From Candidatus Heimdallarchaeota archaeon (GTDB lineage: Archaea > Asgardarchaeota > Heimdallarchaeia > Hodarchaeales > Hodarchaeaceae), in the NCBI GenBank assembly GCA_011364965.1, contig RDOB01000003.1:208930-272929 (forward strand): a DNA stretch of 64,000 nucleotides, written 5' to 3'. A program made the translations under genes and the position numbers. A model generated the notes under the pieces. That model was not told the DNA's origin, searched no databases, and saw only the letters and a program-made list of their open reading frames with translations. Of the stretch, positions 11,459 through 21,898 are shown piece after piece; positions within the stretch are counted from its first letter, which is position 1, and each line of letters starts with the position of its first letter.

Positions 11459-11629
11459 CTAATTTTTCCTATCTTTTTGCGCTACTGCTGAAATAGATTG
11501 ACTGTATGCCAATTTCCTACAGTCATTACACAAATGTTTGCTTGGATCAGTAGGATTAGGATGAACCTCTACACTTGGGGATTCTATGCGGCCACAGCGG
11601 TCACATGAATAACGTTTCCCGATTTTCAT
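11459..11629 (-). CDS. Small zinc-finger protein (56 aa), absent from the ORF track
   Basis: Hand translation MKIGKRYSCDRCGRIESPSVEVHPNPTDPSKHLCNDCRKLAYSQSISAVAQKDRKN*; two CxxC pairs; GGTTGAG upstream. Confidence 0.7.
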   Translation of the reverse strand: MKIGKRYSCDRCGRIESPSVEVHPNPTDPSKHLCNDCRKLAYSQSISAVAQKDRKN

Positions 11630-11851
11630 AAATCTCAACCGTCTTACGATTTTATTTGTTTGGATGTAATAATTTTCATATACAACCGAAATTACATTAT
11701 CAACCTGTATAAAGCAAAATAGTCTTTTAAAGAATTTCTAGAAAAACTTTTCGGTCTTTCCCCAATACCTATTTGAAGCACCATTTTGTAGAGCGATAAA
11801 AGCTAACCCAAGATCTCCATTAGGTACTAATCTTCTGTTGGATGAAATAAT

Positions 11852-12781
11852 ATGTCTGAAGCCACTTCTGATCTGAAATATGATCTTATCCGTAAAACAG
11901 TCAAACTAAGTGCATATTTCGGCTACAGATTAGAAGCTAAAGGTATACAAAATCTTATAGCTAATTTAGACATATTTCGAGGTGGCTCCATATTCGCTGG
12001 TAATCATGAAAGTGTTATTGACGCGTTTTTAATGGGATTGGTGGTTCCAAAGGAACTCAAGTCAAAGCGTATCTATTTCTTAGGAAAGAAAAGCGCTCTC
12101 TGGCGTAACAGATTTTGGGGGCAGCTTATGGATTATTTTGGTGTAATCCCAGTAGAAAAACGTGGAAATCAAGAAGCGGTCAAAAGAGGCATTGAAGTAT
12201 TAACACGAAAACAGGCTTTAGGGATTTTCCCCGAGGGTCATATCCGATATTCACGTAAAACCTTAGAAGGAAAGGTGGGTGTAGCGAGATTTGCATTTGA
12301 AACTGAATCACCAGTTATTCCAGTAGGGATAATCGGTACAGATGGTGTACTACCATATGGAGGCAATTGGCCAAGTTTAGGAAAGAAAGTTTCACTCGCG
12401 GTTGGGGAGCCAATATTTTTGGCAGACTGGTATGACAAAAAGGATATGTACGATCCATATGCCTTACGAGCAGCAACTGATTTAGTAATGAATCACATTC
12501 GTAAGCTCTCATCTGGGTATGGAATTCGAGTTGAAGATGCGTATAAACTTCGGTGTATGGAAGGAGTCCATCAGATTGTAACTCCTAGAAGATTGGTCCC
12601 AATAGAATTTCAAAGAAAAAGAAAGACCCTCGCAGATTCTTTTGAAGACTGGCTAGGCAGTGTTCCTCAAACTCAACACGAAAAACAAATCAATAAATCA
12701 AAAGACAAATTTCCTGAGGTTCAATCTGCTTCAGGAAACACTACAAATGAATTCTTAGCTTGGTTGGATGATCAACTATAA
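11852..12781 (+). CDS. Lysophospholipid acyltransferase (PlsC-like) with C-terminal extension
   Basis: NHESVID (HxxxxD), GIFPEGH, GVARFA, PVIPVGIIG. Confidence 0.9.
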   Translation: MSEATSDLKYDLIRKTVKLSAYFGYRLEAKGIQNLIANLDIFRGGSIFAGNHESVIDAFLMGLVVPKELKSKRIYFLGKKSALWRNRFWGQLMDYFGVIPVEKRGNQEAVKRGIEVLTRKQALGIFPEGHIRYSRKTLEGKVGVARFAFETESPVIPVGIIGTDGVLPYGGNWPSLGKKVSLAVGEPIFLADWYDKKDMYDPYALRAATDLVMNHIRKLSSGYGIRVEDAYKLRCMEGVHQIVTPRRLVPIEFQRKRKTLADSFEDWLGSVPQTQHEKQINKSKDKFPEVQSASGNTTNEFLAWLDDQL

Positions 12782-12985
12782 TTGTTGATTACATTACCAA
12801 TTTTCTCCTTAAAAACGCATAATTTTCTTTTGGGTATTTATTTATGTTCAATCAGAAAAATAATTAGATAAATACCATCTAATATTGTACAGAATTGTAG
12901 TCTTTGGTTTAAAATTAAAAATTAGTCCACATTTTCGATTTTCTACATTATTATGTAAGATGAGTGAAATTGAAATATAAGTTTA

Positions 12986-13327
12986 CTACATTACCCTCTT
13001 TAATTTTAATAAATCGGTAACACTACCTTTTATCTTCAATTTACCTGATGTGAAGGCTTCCATGGCCTTAATTTCTTTATTCACGACCCCAAGCCATGTT
13101 TCAGGATCTGTAATTATAAGTATGTCGTAATTAGCTGATTTATCAATTGGACCTTCCTGTAATTCACCTGCTTTTCCTTTAGATAGCTGAGTTGTCCAAG
13201 TTTTATTGAAATCTGCAAAGGAAAATCCAACTTTTTTATCCCAATTTTTGAAACGTTTCTGATTATCTTCTTTAGAAAGTTTTGAGAGAATTTTATTTAT
13301 TCCTTCGATTACTTCACTTTCGGACAT
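12986..13327 (-). CDS. SCP2 sterol/lipid-binding domain protein
   Basis: AMEAFTSGKLKIKGSVTDLLKL C-terminal SCP2 signature. Confidence 0.88.
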   Translation of the reverse strand: MSESEVIEGINKILSKLSKEDNQKRFKNWDKKVGFSFADFNKTWTTQLSKGKAGELQEGPIDKSANYDILIITDPETWLGVVNKEIKAMEAFTSGKLKIKGSVTDLLKLKRVM

Positions 13328-13435
13328 TTTTATTCCTTACCTCAAATCTATCGAGCGTTATATTTGGTTAGATTTTAGTTTTATATATACCTGTCCAGGA
13401 TTAATTCTTAAGCTACCTAATAATTTATTTGCAAT

Positions 13436-14836
13436 TTGCTTGTCTCAGAGAAAATTATACAGGAAATGTTAAGAATGCTGAAAAGAGAAGATATGGAACA
13501 ATATATTGATAAGAATCTTCCTATAGCCTTAGAGAATCTATTTGAACTAATTAGAATCCCAACAGTAACAGCAAAGGGTGGGGAACATTCCTCTGAAGCA
13601 TTGGAGGTATTATCTCGTATATTTATGCAGTTGGGCTTTCATACAACGATATTTAAAACAACAGGACAACCTATTTTTACTGCTTCATTAGATATCAGAA
13701 AAACAAAAACCCTGCTATTTTATGATCATTATGATGTACAACCTGCAGAACCACTGGATCTATGGGAAAGTCCACCGTTTCAACCCGAAATACGTGATGG
13801 AAAAATCTATGGACGAGGGGTGGCCGATAATAAAGGTGAAATAATAGTTAGAGCAGCTGCTGTTAAAATGGTGCAAGATCTGAGGGGAGAATTACCTGTG
13901 AATGTAAGATTTTTGATTGAAGGTGAGGAAGAGGTTTCTAGTCCAAATTTAGGAGAGTTTGTAAAGAAAAACCTGAACTTTATAAAAGAGAGTGATGCAT
14001 GTATTTGGGAATTTGGTGGAAAAAATGCCACAGGACAAAAAGAAATATGGGCAGGTGTAAAGGGAATTTGTTATGTCCAGTTGAAGACATCAGGACCAAA
14101 AAAGGATCTTCATTCAGCACTAGGAGCAATAGTAGAAAATCCTGCAAACCACTTGATTGCAGCGCTTGCTTCATTACGTGATGATAAAACAGATGAAATT
14201 CTGATTAAAGATTATTATAAAACAATTCTACCTCCAACGAATTCTTTACTTACTGCAATAGAAAAAATAGCTGAAGAATTTGATACTGAAAAACAAAAGA
14301 AGGAATGGGGAGTCCAAACGTTCATTCAGGATCTTCAGGGTTTAGATTTACTTAAAAAATATTATTTAAGTCCGACATGCACAGTTTGTGGAATATGGGC
14401 TGGCTGGCAGGGAGAAGGAGGAAAAACAGTACTTCCGTCAACTGCCCACGCAAAATTAGATTTCCGTTTAGTCCCGGACCAAACTCCAGAGGACGTAATA
14501 ACCAAACTAAAGGCGCATTTCGCTGAAAATTCTTTCAATATTGAGATTGAGTGGTATGAAGGCTATCCACCAGCTTACACACCATTGACGGATCCTTTTG
14601 TAAAAATAACAGAGAAAACCTTTATTGAAATTTATAAGCACAAACCTATGATTCATCCGTGGAATGCAGGATCAGGACCACTTTATCTTTTTGCAGATCA
14701 TGTACCAGTGCTATCGATTGGAGTGGGGCACGCAGGGAGTAATTCTCATTCTCCCAATGAAAACGTAATTCTTGAAGATTTTAAACAAGGACAAATTGCA
14801 ATAGCACGATTAATGGAGAATTTTAGTCGGGTCTGA
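13436..14836 (+). CDS. M20/M25/M40 metallo-dipeptidase (start may be slightly downstream)
   Basis: FYDHYDVQP, YGRGVADNKG, EGEEE, DLHS, SHSPNE. Confidence 0.93.
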   Translation: MLVSEKIIQEMLRMLKREDMEQYIDKNLPIALENLFELIRIPTVTAKGGEHSSEALEVLSRIFMQLGFHTTIFKTTGQPIFTASLDIRKTKTLLFYDHYDVQPAEPLDLWESPPFQPEIRDGKIYGRGVADNKGEIIVRAAAVKMVQDLRGELPVNVRFLIEGEEEVSSPNLGEFVKKNLNFIKESDACIWEFGGKNATGQKEIWAGVKGICYVQLKTSGPKKDLHSALGAIVENPANHLIAALASLRDDKTDEILIKDYYKTILPPTNSLLTAIEKIAEEFDTEKQKKEWGVQTFIQDLQGLDLLKKYYLSPTCTVCGIWAGWQGEGGKTVLPSTAHAKLDFRLVPDQTPEDVITKLKAHFAENSFNIEIEWYEGYPPAYTPLTDPFVKITEKTFIEIYKHKPMIHPWNAGSGPLYLFADHVPVLSIGVGHAGSNSHSPNENVILEDFKQGQIAIARLMENFSRV

Positions 14837-14839
14837 ACT

Positions 14840-15298
14840 ATGAATTATACGTACCCCAAAATGATCCATACCTCAGATGGGATTATAAAAACGCAGAATG
14901 GAAAAATTGTGCTCATTAAACGTGGATATGAACCATTTAAAGATTATTGGGCTTTACCTGGTGGAATAGTTGAAGAAAGCGAATCGGTCGAGGAAGCACT
15001 AATCAGGGAGATGAAGGAAGAAGCTGGAGTTTTAGTTATTCCGAGGGAAATCCTAGGTGTTTTTTCTGCGCCCAATCGTGATCCACGAGGAAGAGTTATT
15101 TCTACGGTTTTTATTTGCGATTCTGAGAGTGACCAATTTCATGCTGGAGATGACGCAAAAGAGCTTCAGATTATTTCATTAGATCAAGTTCATACAAAGA
15201 AATTAGCATTCGATCATAAATTCATATTAGAATGCTATTATAGGTGGATTGAAATTAAAAGCACATTTTGGTCTTATAAATTTAATCCAACGGACTAA
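14840..15298 (+). CDS. NUDIX hydrolase (ADP-ribose pyrophosphatase-like)
   Basis: WALPGG...EEALIREMKEEAG Nudix box; RDPRG; LAFDH. Confidence 0.93.
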   Translation: MNYTYPKMIHTSDGIIKTQNGKIVLIKRGYEPFKDYWALPGGIVEESESVEEALIREMKEEAGVLVIPREILGVFSAPNRDPRGRVISTVFICDSESDQFHAGDDAKELQIISLDQVHTKKLAFDHKFILECYYRWIEIKSTFWSYKFNPTD

Positions 15299-15419
15299 AA
15301 GCTTTAAGAGAGTTCAAAAATTCCCTCTTGGGAGTTTTTAGTCCCAAAGAATTTAGAAAATCTCTAATCAAGAGGAATTTATCTGTAGAATAAGAAATGG
15401 AAAGAAACGAAAAATATTA

Positions 15420-17237
15420 TTATCGTTTCCTTCGATTTGCTATAGTGATGACTAGAAGAAAGAGGAATATATTCGTAAAATTAAATCCTGGAGACAAATT
15501 TAACGTAGGTTCAGGATTTGAACTAGTAGGTTCTGAACTCGTATCACTCGAGAAATTTCTATTAGTTAGTTTAATAAGGAAGTAGTCTAAATATTCATCT
15601 TCGTTTGTAGCGGCAAGTTGTCCAGAGGTTAACTCCAGTCGATATAAAGCTCCTCTATCTTTAGTCCAGCGAAATTCTAGGTAGGCATCATATCCGAGTC
15701 CCATTTCTGCATAATCTAGATCAATACCAATAGAGTCACCATAATCGACATATGGTTGATCCGCTGTGAATATTCTTGAATATGTTAGATTGTGAATTGG
15801 TATAAAGAATATGTACGTTCCAGTAGTTCTATAATAGATATTATTTACCCACACTTCAGCAGTTACAGTTTCCATACTCATATTTACAACTTTTAAAGTG
15901 AGATTATCACCACTATAGAATATTAGAGGTTCATATTCAAAGTCTTCAAAACCTGTCCTAAACCAGCTCCCAAGATCTAATCCAGTTGCATTCCCTGTAT
16001 AAGTAATCTCATATTCAAATATATCTCCAGGGGATACTCCCCATATCTTTGTTGGGTCAGGAATTTTAGGTTCAGAGGATCCTGAGGGAGTGTATTGTCC
16101 TTCACGGATGAGTATATTATCAAATGCGACATGAGCGTTATAAACTCCAAACCCAATATTTCCTGCCATACGCGCAGGAATTGAAAACTTTCCGAGAATT
16201 ATATTATTCCAATATATCTTGAAATTGGCATCAGTATCAACTATGATTGTTATATGACCCTCCATTGGAAAAGGAGAAATTTTTGTACCAAGCTCATGCT
16301 CGTCCTCGTCTACGCGAACAGAGTACCAAACATCACCCTCCTTATAAAATTCAATAAAACGTCGTCCATTTGGCTCAGATGTTAATTCAAACGAAAAAAT
16401 TGAAACTCCTGAAAACCATTCATTAACCAAATAATCAAATTCAATTGTAACATTTTGTAAAGCAAAGGACACATCTGCAGTGCAAGCTGACCATATTTCC
16501 CCTTCCCAAAAACCGTTCAGCTTTCCATTTTCAACGTACCAATCGGGATTAATTTGAGTATACAAAGTCGAATTAACCGTGGTATCACTCCATTGATCAT
16601 AATTGTCACTAAAGATAATATTTGGATCTAAGTTAAACCAACTATAAGGATAAACATATAATTCGTCAAATTTTACTTTAGAATAATCATATATGCCAAA
16701 TCCGATTGTCCCTAGCCTTGGAGTCTCTACAGGGGTTTCAATCGCAACAGGAAAGTCATTAATTGAAAGATAAAGACAACCTTTGCTGGTAGTTATGTGA
16801 ACATGATTCCATTGATTAAGAGGCATTGAATAATTAAGGTTTATCCATCCTAATCCTGTTTCGATAATATGATTTGCCCAGGGTTCAGAACCAATTTCAA
16901 CACGAGTATCATTGATATAATCTAAGAAAAAATGAAATTGCTCAGATCCATATCCTCCTATTATATAAGCATCAAAAGTCACAGTGTACTCTATTTCATC
17001 AAAGAAGGGATTAGAGCAAATAAATTCATCCCATACACCGCTAGTTCCAATTCCTTCTAGGAAACTATCTTCAACAGTCCAATTACCATTAACTGAAGTC
17101 CAAATTCCATTTAAACCATTAAAACCCTCGTAAAAAAGTATATCACTAGCACTAGAATTGTGAATTGGAATTAAAAAACAAAATATTAAACTAAATAATA
17201 AAATCTTATGAATATGCTTTCTTGAATCCATTTTCAT
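15420..17237 (-). CDS. Secreted surface protein with two LamG/DUF1080-like beta-sandwich repeats and an SPGF-CTERM anchor
   Basis: Signal peptide; two W-x-V-E-x-x-x-L-x-G...G-x-IGFG-x-Y...FD repeats; Ser/Thr/Pro linker; C-terminal SPGF + TM + NRRKR. Confidence 0.8.
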   Translation of the reverse strand: MKMDSRKHIHKILLFSLIFCFLIPIHNSSASDILFYEGFNGLNGIWTSVNGNWTVEDSFLEGIGTSGVWDEFICSNPFFDEIEYTVTFDAYIIGGYGSEQFHFFLDYINDTRVEIGSEPWANHIIETGLGWINLNYSMPLNQWNHVHITTSKGCLYLSINDFPVAIETPVETPRLGTIGFGIYDYSKVKFDELYVYPYSWFNLDPNIIFSDNYDQWSDTTVNSTLYTQINPDWYVENGKLNGFWEGEIWSACTADVSFALQNVTIEFDYLVNEWFSGVSIFSFELTSEPNGRRFIEFYKEGDVWYSVRVDEDEHELGTKISPFPMEGHITIIVDTDANFKIYWNNIILGKFSIPARMAGNIGFGVYNAHVAFDNILIREGQYTPSGSSEPKIPDPTKIWGVSPGDIFEYEITYTGNATGLDLGSWFRTGFEDFEYEPLIFYSGDNLTLKVVNMSMETVTAEVWVNNIYYRTTGTYIFFIPIHNLTYSRIFTADQPYVDYGDSIGIDLDYAEMGLGYDAYLEFRWTKDRGALYRLELTSGQLAATNEDEYLDYFLIKLTNRNFSSDTSSEPTSSNPEPTLNLSPGFNFTNIFLFLLVITIANRRKR

Positions 17238-17550
17238 ACCTCTCCAACCTACAGAGGTTGATTTCGCGTTTTCATAGATTCATTCCTATAAAAACTAGCT
17301 AGATTTGACTCTCCGCAGATAGGAATAATCTAATGAGAATTAAAAAAAATGGATAAATTAAAATTACATATTTTTGCTGATTACATATTTTCATTATAAA
17401 TCAGTACAATACTCAAAGATGTAAAATAGTGTTTAGATAATAAATTGCTTATTATCGCGGGAAATATTCAATTGTGAGCGTCAAGGATAATCTTAGCTCA
17501 ACAATGCACATGCTTAAATATCAGTTCATTTTTAAAAGTCTCGTATAAAA

Positions 17551-17967
17551 ATGACAGACCAAACGGATCAACCAAGCAACAAATTGCTTCAAGATATACT
17601 TCTAGAGTTGAAGAAGATCAATACTCAATTAGAGACTATCCAACTTGAACTTCAGCATGAAACAGATAGAATAGAAGAGCAGTTTCCAAAATTGGATATA
17701 CATTCTACTCCTCCTTCCAGTTTAAATATATTAAACATACAGGAACAGAGACCTGGTATTTTTAAGACATATAAGACGATTCAAAAAAAAGACAATTGGA
17801 TCTCCGCGACTGATGTTAGTCAAGAAACAGGTAGAAGTAGGGGATTGGAATCTCGTTATCTTAACTATCTTGCCGAAAATGGTTTTATAACCAAGAAAAG
17901 AGTCAGATTATCTGATGAAGAAAAAGCTACAGCAGTAGTTTACAAGTATATTGAGGTGAATGAGTAG
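17551..17967 (+). CDS. Coiled-coil + winged-helix DNA-binding protein
   Basis: Heptad-like N-terminus; SATDVSQETGRSRGLESRYLNYLAENGFITKKR HTH-wing. Confidence 0.75.
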   Translation: MTDQTDQPSNKLLQDILLELKKINTQLETIQLELQHETDRIEEQFPKLDIHSTPPSSLNILNIQEQRPGIFKTYKTIQKKDNWISATDVSQETGRSRGLESRYLNYLAENGFITKKRVRLSDEEKATAVVYKYIEVNE

Positions 17968-18777
17968 ATGCAAACAGTTGCTTTTCATAGCTACCGAGGT
18001 GGGGTTGGAAAGACACTTCTCTCTGTGAATACTGCAGTTCAACTAGCAAAATTCGGTAAAAAAGTATGCTTAGTGGATTTTGATTTACGTGCTCCTTCAC
18101 TCCAATCATACATTACTTCTGAATCAGTCTTTTCCCTTGACCAGAATGATTTTGTTTCATTCACGGAATTCTTAATTGGGAAAGGAAGTCCAGAGGAGGT
18201 AATAAATCCCACAAAATTAGAGAATTTCTATGTTGTGGTTTCAGATATCGAAATTCTACAGAATAAGTCCCAAACTCGTTCTAAGTTAACACAACATGGA
18301 GAAGGACGTATTTTAGCTAAATTATTTGAATTCATTCGGTACTGTAATTCGCAAGAATTCGAATTCTTGATAATTGATTGCATGCCTGGAGTTACATATC
18401 GTTCACTTGATGCTCTTGTGGTATCTGATAAAATTATGATAATAACTAGACCTGTAAAATCTGAAATCACTGGTTTGGGATTAGTTATATCAGAATGTTA
18501 TTCGAAACTGGATGATACAAAATTCTATGCGATTATGAATCAAATTGAGACTATTCAAGATTTAAAAAATCAACCCAACCAGATGGATTTGAAAATTGCT
18601 CAAGATAATCTTAAAGGCATTGCTTCCACTTTAAAGAATAATAATTTGGAAATAGATATCTTACATTCCTTTCGTAGAGTACCGTTCGTTACAGAACGTA
18701 TTTATGTATTGTTAGAGGACCCCCATCCATTCACTAAAGAAATTCAGGAATTTTGTCAGAAATTAATTTCATTATGA
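17968..18777 (+). CDS. MinD/ParA-family ATPase
   Basis: FHSYRGGVGKT deviant Walker A, LVDFDLRAPSL, IIDCMPG; starts immediately after the upstream stop (TAGATG). Confidence 0.88.
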   Translation: MQTVAFHSYRGGVGKTLLSVNTAVQLAKFGKKVCLVDFDLRAPSLQSYITSESVFSLDQNDFVSFTEFLIGKGSPEEVINPTKLENFYVVVSDIEILQNKSQTRSKLTQHGEGRILAKLFEFIRYCNSQEFEFLIIDCMPGVTYRSLDALVVSDKIMIITRPVKSEITGLGLVISECYSKLDDTKFYAIMNQIETIQDLKNQPNQMDLKIAQDNLKGIASTLKNNNLEIDILHSFRRVPFVTERIYVLLEDPHPFTKEIQEFCQKLISL

Positions 18778-18778
18778 T

Positions 18779-20230
18779 GTGAAAAGGGCGATGAGTAAAC
18801 GAAAAGGGCAAGAAATTTTTGAAATTCCTTCAGAAGAGGATTTAGCAGAATATATCCATAAAGGAAAGAAAGTTATTCAGCATATAGAGGAAGGAAAAAC
18901 TCCAATTTACTTTAAACCAAAAAGACAACATCCAAAAATTACTTTTACAATTATTTTCATTCTAGTACTCTCATCGAGTGTAATAATAATGGTTCCAGCC
19001 ATGATTTCAATTTTCTCCTCGATCAATCCATCTACAAATCAGACAACTACTCAAACCACATATACTACTCAAACAACGATTCCTTCAGGAGAAGACCCAG
19101 TTACGCTTTCGCAATCTGTAAACCAATTAGAAACTTTCTTATATCAATTTATCCCTGAAAACTATTCAAATTTTGCACCATTCATGGAAAATAATTCCAT
19201 TAATACATCCAAACGCATAACATTTCAGGAAATACTCGATTTTATCTGGTTATTAAGTCAAGATCGAGATTCAGAATGGAGAGATCTAGGGAGAAATTTA
19301 TTATATACTGAGTACAGAATTTGGGAAAATACTTCAATTGAGACAGAATCGCTTGATTTAAAGGCACATTCTCTAAGAGCACTCTTATCTTACCCTCAAA
19401 AAGAAGTACCTTTAATTGGTACAGAAAAATCCTCTTATGAAAATAGATGCTCTTTATTATGGAATTCTATTAAAGAAGCTGTGGATATTACTTCCAATAC
19501 AATTTCATTTCAAGAGAATGTTAGTATAAGGATTGCAGATGAACAAATAATATTTTTAGATATTTTATGTGCTGGTACTACCCATGGAGAATTGTTTAAT
19601 TACAATGAATTGCAAGGGTATGCAAAAAATATTTTAGAGACCTTAGATGAGATTATAACAAATATAAATGGCATTCCAGAAGATTTTTTTTCGAATTTAA
19701 CAGAATTCAATCCAATATATTCCTTTAAGGATCAGGGGCATTTATTCTTAGCTTTACATGCCTTAGATCATAGTTTTGATCTTGGTAGCTTAGCTCAAAG
19801 TCTTATTCAGAGGTTAGATTCCTTCATCTGGAATTATCTAACTCGAGTAGATTGGAGTTGTAATTCTTACTATAATAATACTTCCCATAAAGGTTCTAAT
19901 GTATTAGCTTCATATGACCAAGGTTTAATGATAAGAAATCACATCTTGATGGACAGACTATCGAGTGCAAATTATACTGCAAATACTCTTCGACAAAAAT
20001 TATCTATGTCAAATGGAGGATATATAATTTCAAACATAAAAAATTCCTCTGCGTATTTAATCGATCAAGTACAAATCCTAGTGGCATTTAAAGAGTTAAT
20101 AGAATTGAAAAACGCGCATGAATCCACTACAGGACCATCTATGGCATCCTTCTGGGGATTACAACCGATTCTAATTATGATTATTGGATTATCCATTAAA
20201 AGGCTTAGGGAGCGAAAAAGAAAAAGGTAA
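18779..20230 (+). CDS. Hypothetical membrane protein with N- and C-terminal TM anchors
   Basis: TM at about aa 55-80, Thr-rich linker, large domain, C-terminal TM followed by a basic tail (RERKRKR). Confidence 0.7.
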   Translation: MKRAMSKRKGQEIFEIPSEEDLAEYIHKGKKVIQHIEEGKTPIYFKPKRQHPKITFTIIFILVLSSSVIIMVPAMISIFSSINPSTNQTTTQTTYTTQTTIPSGEDPVTLSQSVNQLETFLYQFIPENYSNFAPFMENNSINTSKRITFQEILDFIWLLSQDRDSEWRDLGRNLLYTEYRIWENTSIETESLDLKAHSLRALLSYPQKEVPLIGTEKSSYENRCSLLWNSIKEAVDITSNTISFQENVSIRIADEQIIFLDILCAGTTHGELFNYNELQGYAKNILETLDEIITNINGIPEDFFSNLTEFNPIYSFKDQGHLFLALHALDHSFDLGSLAQSLIQRLDSFIWNYLTRVDWSCNSYYNNTSHKGSNVLASYDQGLMIRNHILMDRLSSANYTANTLRQKLSMSNGGYIISNIKNSSAYLIDQVQILVAFKELIELKNAHESTTGPSMASFWGLQPILIMIIGLSIKRLRERKRKR

Positions 20231-20242
20231 AAATAGAAAAAT

Positions 20243-21550
20243 TCATGCAGCTGCTTTTGCTTTCTCAATTTTTGCCTTTTCTCTTTTTAATTCGTTCGCT
20301 AACTTGTGCTCACGTGCTTGCATACCATAATGAATCCATAGAGCGAATGAACGATACCAAACGTGGGCAAATTTACCAAATGGAGCAAGAATTACGAGTT
20401 CAATTATGAAAATCATGTGTAGAACAAAAACCCAGTATCCAAGTTCTGCTGGAATGAAAGTTAGGTAGTATGAGGCCGTTAGAATGAATCCTGTTAATCC
20501 TATCATGAAAAGATTAAATAGAAAAATCCAATCGCATGTAAGAGAATGCTCATTATATCGAAGACTTTTCCGATATCGACTCAAGCCTGCTAAAGTCACT
20601 CCTACCATTAATGCGATCCCACTTATAATCCCTATAATACGGATAGGATATGTTACTGGCACATATCCATTAGGAATAGACCCCAAAAAATTATCTCGTA
20701 ACATATTTAGGATTGTTGCTACACCCAAGCCGAAAAAACCCCACAAAATCAATAAATGCATGATCCAACGATAAATTATAAACTCTCTACGCTTTCGTTT
20801 ATTTAATGCTTCAAGAGTACATTGCAGTTGTCGATATTGACCAAATATTTCTTTAATAATCACAGCAATTGCTTGTTTTACCATTATAATTGGAGAGAAA
20901 ATTAAGTGGAACACGGTGTTTAACTTTTTATCATTTTTACGAGTATTTCGGGCAATTTCAAAACCTTGAATAAAATTAGAATCATATTCTTTAGATATTA
21001 ATCGATACATGTTTATTATTGATAATCCGATAATTGCTATCAAAATTAGAGCTATCCCAATTCCGATGATCTCGATTACTATTTTGGGCACTAAATTGAA
21101 AATTATTATTGGTCTTTCACTAGAAATGTTAGTTGGATTTCCAAAGACACCAAATAGAAAGAGAGATATTAAAAATATAATTCCCATCGCTGCTATTCCA
21201 AACAAAGGATTTGAATTGAGGAGTTTAGCAATACCAGTCACTTCATACTGACTCATAGCCCAACGTCGAGTAGCCATCATAAATTCACCAGGTTCTGCGT
21301 TACGAGGACATGTTTCAGTACAATCATTACAGTACGAGCATAACCACATTAAGCGATTTCCAAGAAGCTTATTTTTTAATCCCACCTGTGCATATCTTAT
21401 TAATGTGCGAGGAATACCTTTTTCAGTTCCTTCCTCGGATATAGGACAAATAGCAGTACAATTTCCACAATTAAAACACGCGTCGACAGAAAAGTCTTTT
21501 GTTGAATATGTTTTTATCTCTTTCAACGTTTCTGGATTAATTAATGTCAC
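20243..21550 (-). CDS. QmoC-like/HdrC-HdrE fusion: 2x[4Fe-4S] domain plus cytochrome b-type membrane domain
   Basis: CFNCGNCTAICP and CSYCNDCTETCP; multiple TM helices with conserved His (MHLLILWGF, LHM, PFGKFAHVWYR). Confidence 0.85.
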   Translation of the reverse strand: MTLINPETLKEIKTYSTKDFSVDACFNCGNCTAICPISEEGTEKGIPRTLIRYAQVGLKNKLLGNRLMWLCSYCNDCTETCPRNAEPGEFMMATRRWAMSQYEVTGIAKLLNSNPLFGIAAMGIIFLISLFLFGVFGNPTNISSERPIIIFNLVPKIVIEIIGIGIALILIAIIGLSIINMYRLISKEYDSNFIQGFEIARNTRKNDKKLNTVFHLIFSPIIMVKQAIAVIIKEIFGQYRQLQCTLEALNKRKRREFIIYRWIMHLLILWGFFGLGVATILNMLRDNFLGSIPNGYVPVTYPIRIIGIISGIALMVGVTLAGLSRYRKSLRYNEHSLTCDWIFLFNLFMIGLTGFILTASYYLTFIPAELGYWVFVLHMIFIIELVILAPFGKFAHVWYRSFALWIHYGMQAREHKLANELKREKAKIEKAKAAA

Positions 21551-21565
21551 TATTTTTATACCTCT

Positions 21566-21898
21566 TTATCCTTCATCCATTTTCTTCTTTTTAGGTTCCT
21601 TGGGGATTAAAACCCACTTGGGATACTGTCCATCTTTTAGATTAGACTCTGTAGCAGTACCATATTTCCGCATACTAGTCAAATGCCAGTGAATTATGTT
21701 AGAGGCAATTTTTGTTTCCTTAGCGATCATAGGAACTGTTTTAGCTTTGTTAGGATCTAAATCACTCCCTTCCAAGACTGCTCTGATAGCTTTCTTAATT
21801 TTATTACTTTCTTTGACACGATCATTTAAAGCTTCAGGGACGGGTCCTCGTCGTTGACGTATTAGGTCTTGGGGTTTTATATTATTTTGTTTGTTCAT
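21566..21898 (-). CDS. Small winged-helix protein within the hdr-like operon
   Basis: KTVPMIAKETKIASNIIHWHLTSMRKYG HTH; overlaps the hdrA' stop. Confidence 0.75.
   Translation of the reverse strand: MNKQNNIKPQDLIRQRRGPVPEALNDRVKESNKIKKAIRAVLEGSDLDPNKAKTVPMIAKETKIASNIIHWHLTSMRKYGTATESNLKDGQYPKWVLIPKEPKKKKMDEG

Noticed and set aside
17245-17260. CAACCT-ACAG-AGGTTG hairpin near a start codon
   Set aside because: A 6-bp stem is expected by chance; no further support.
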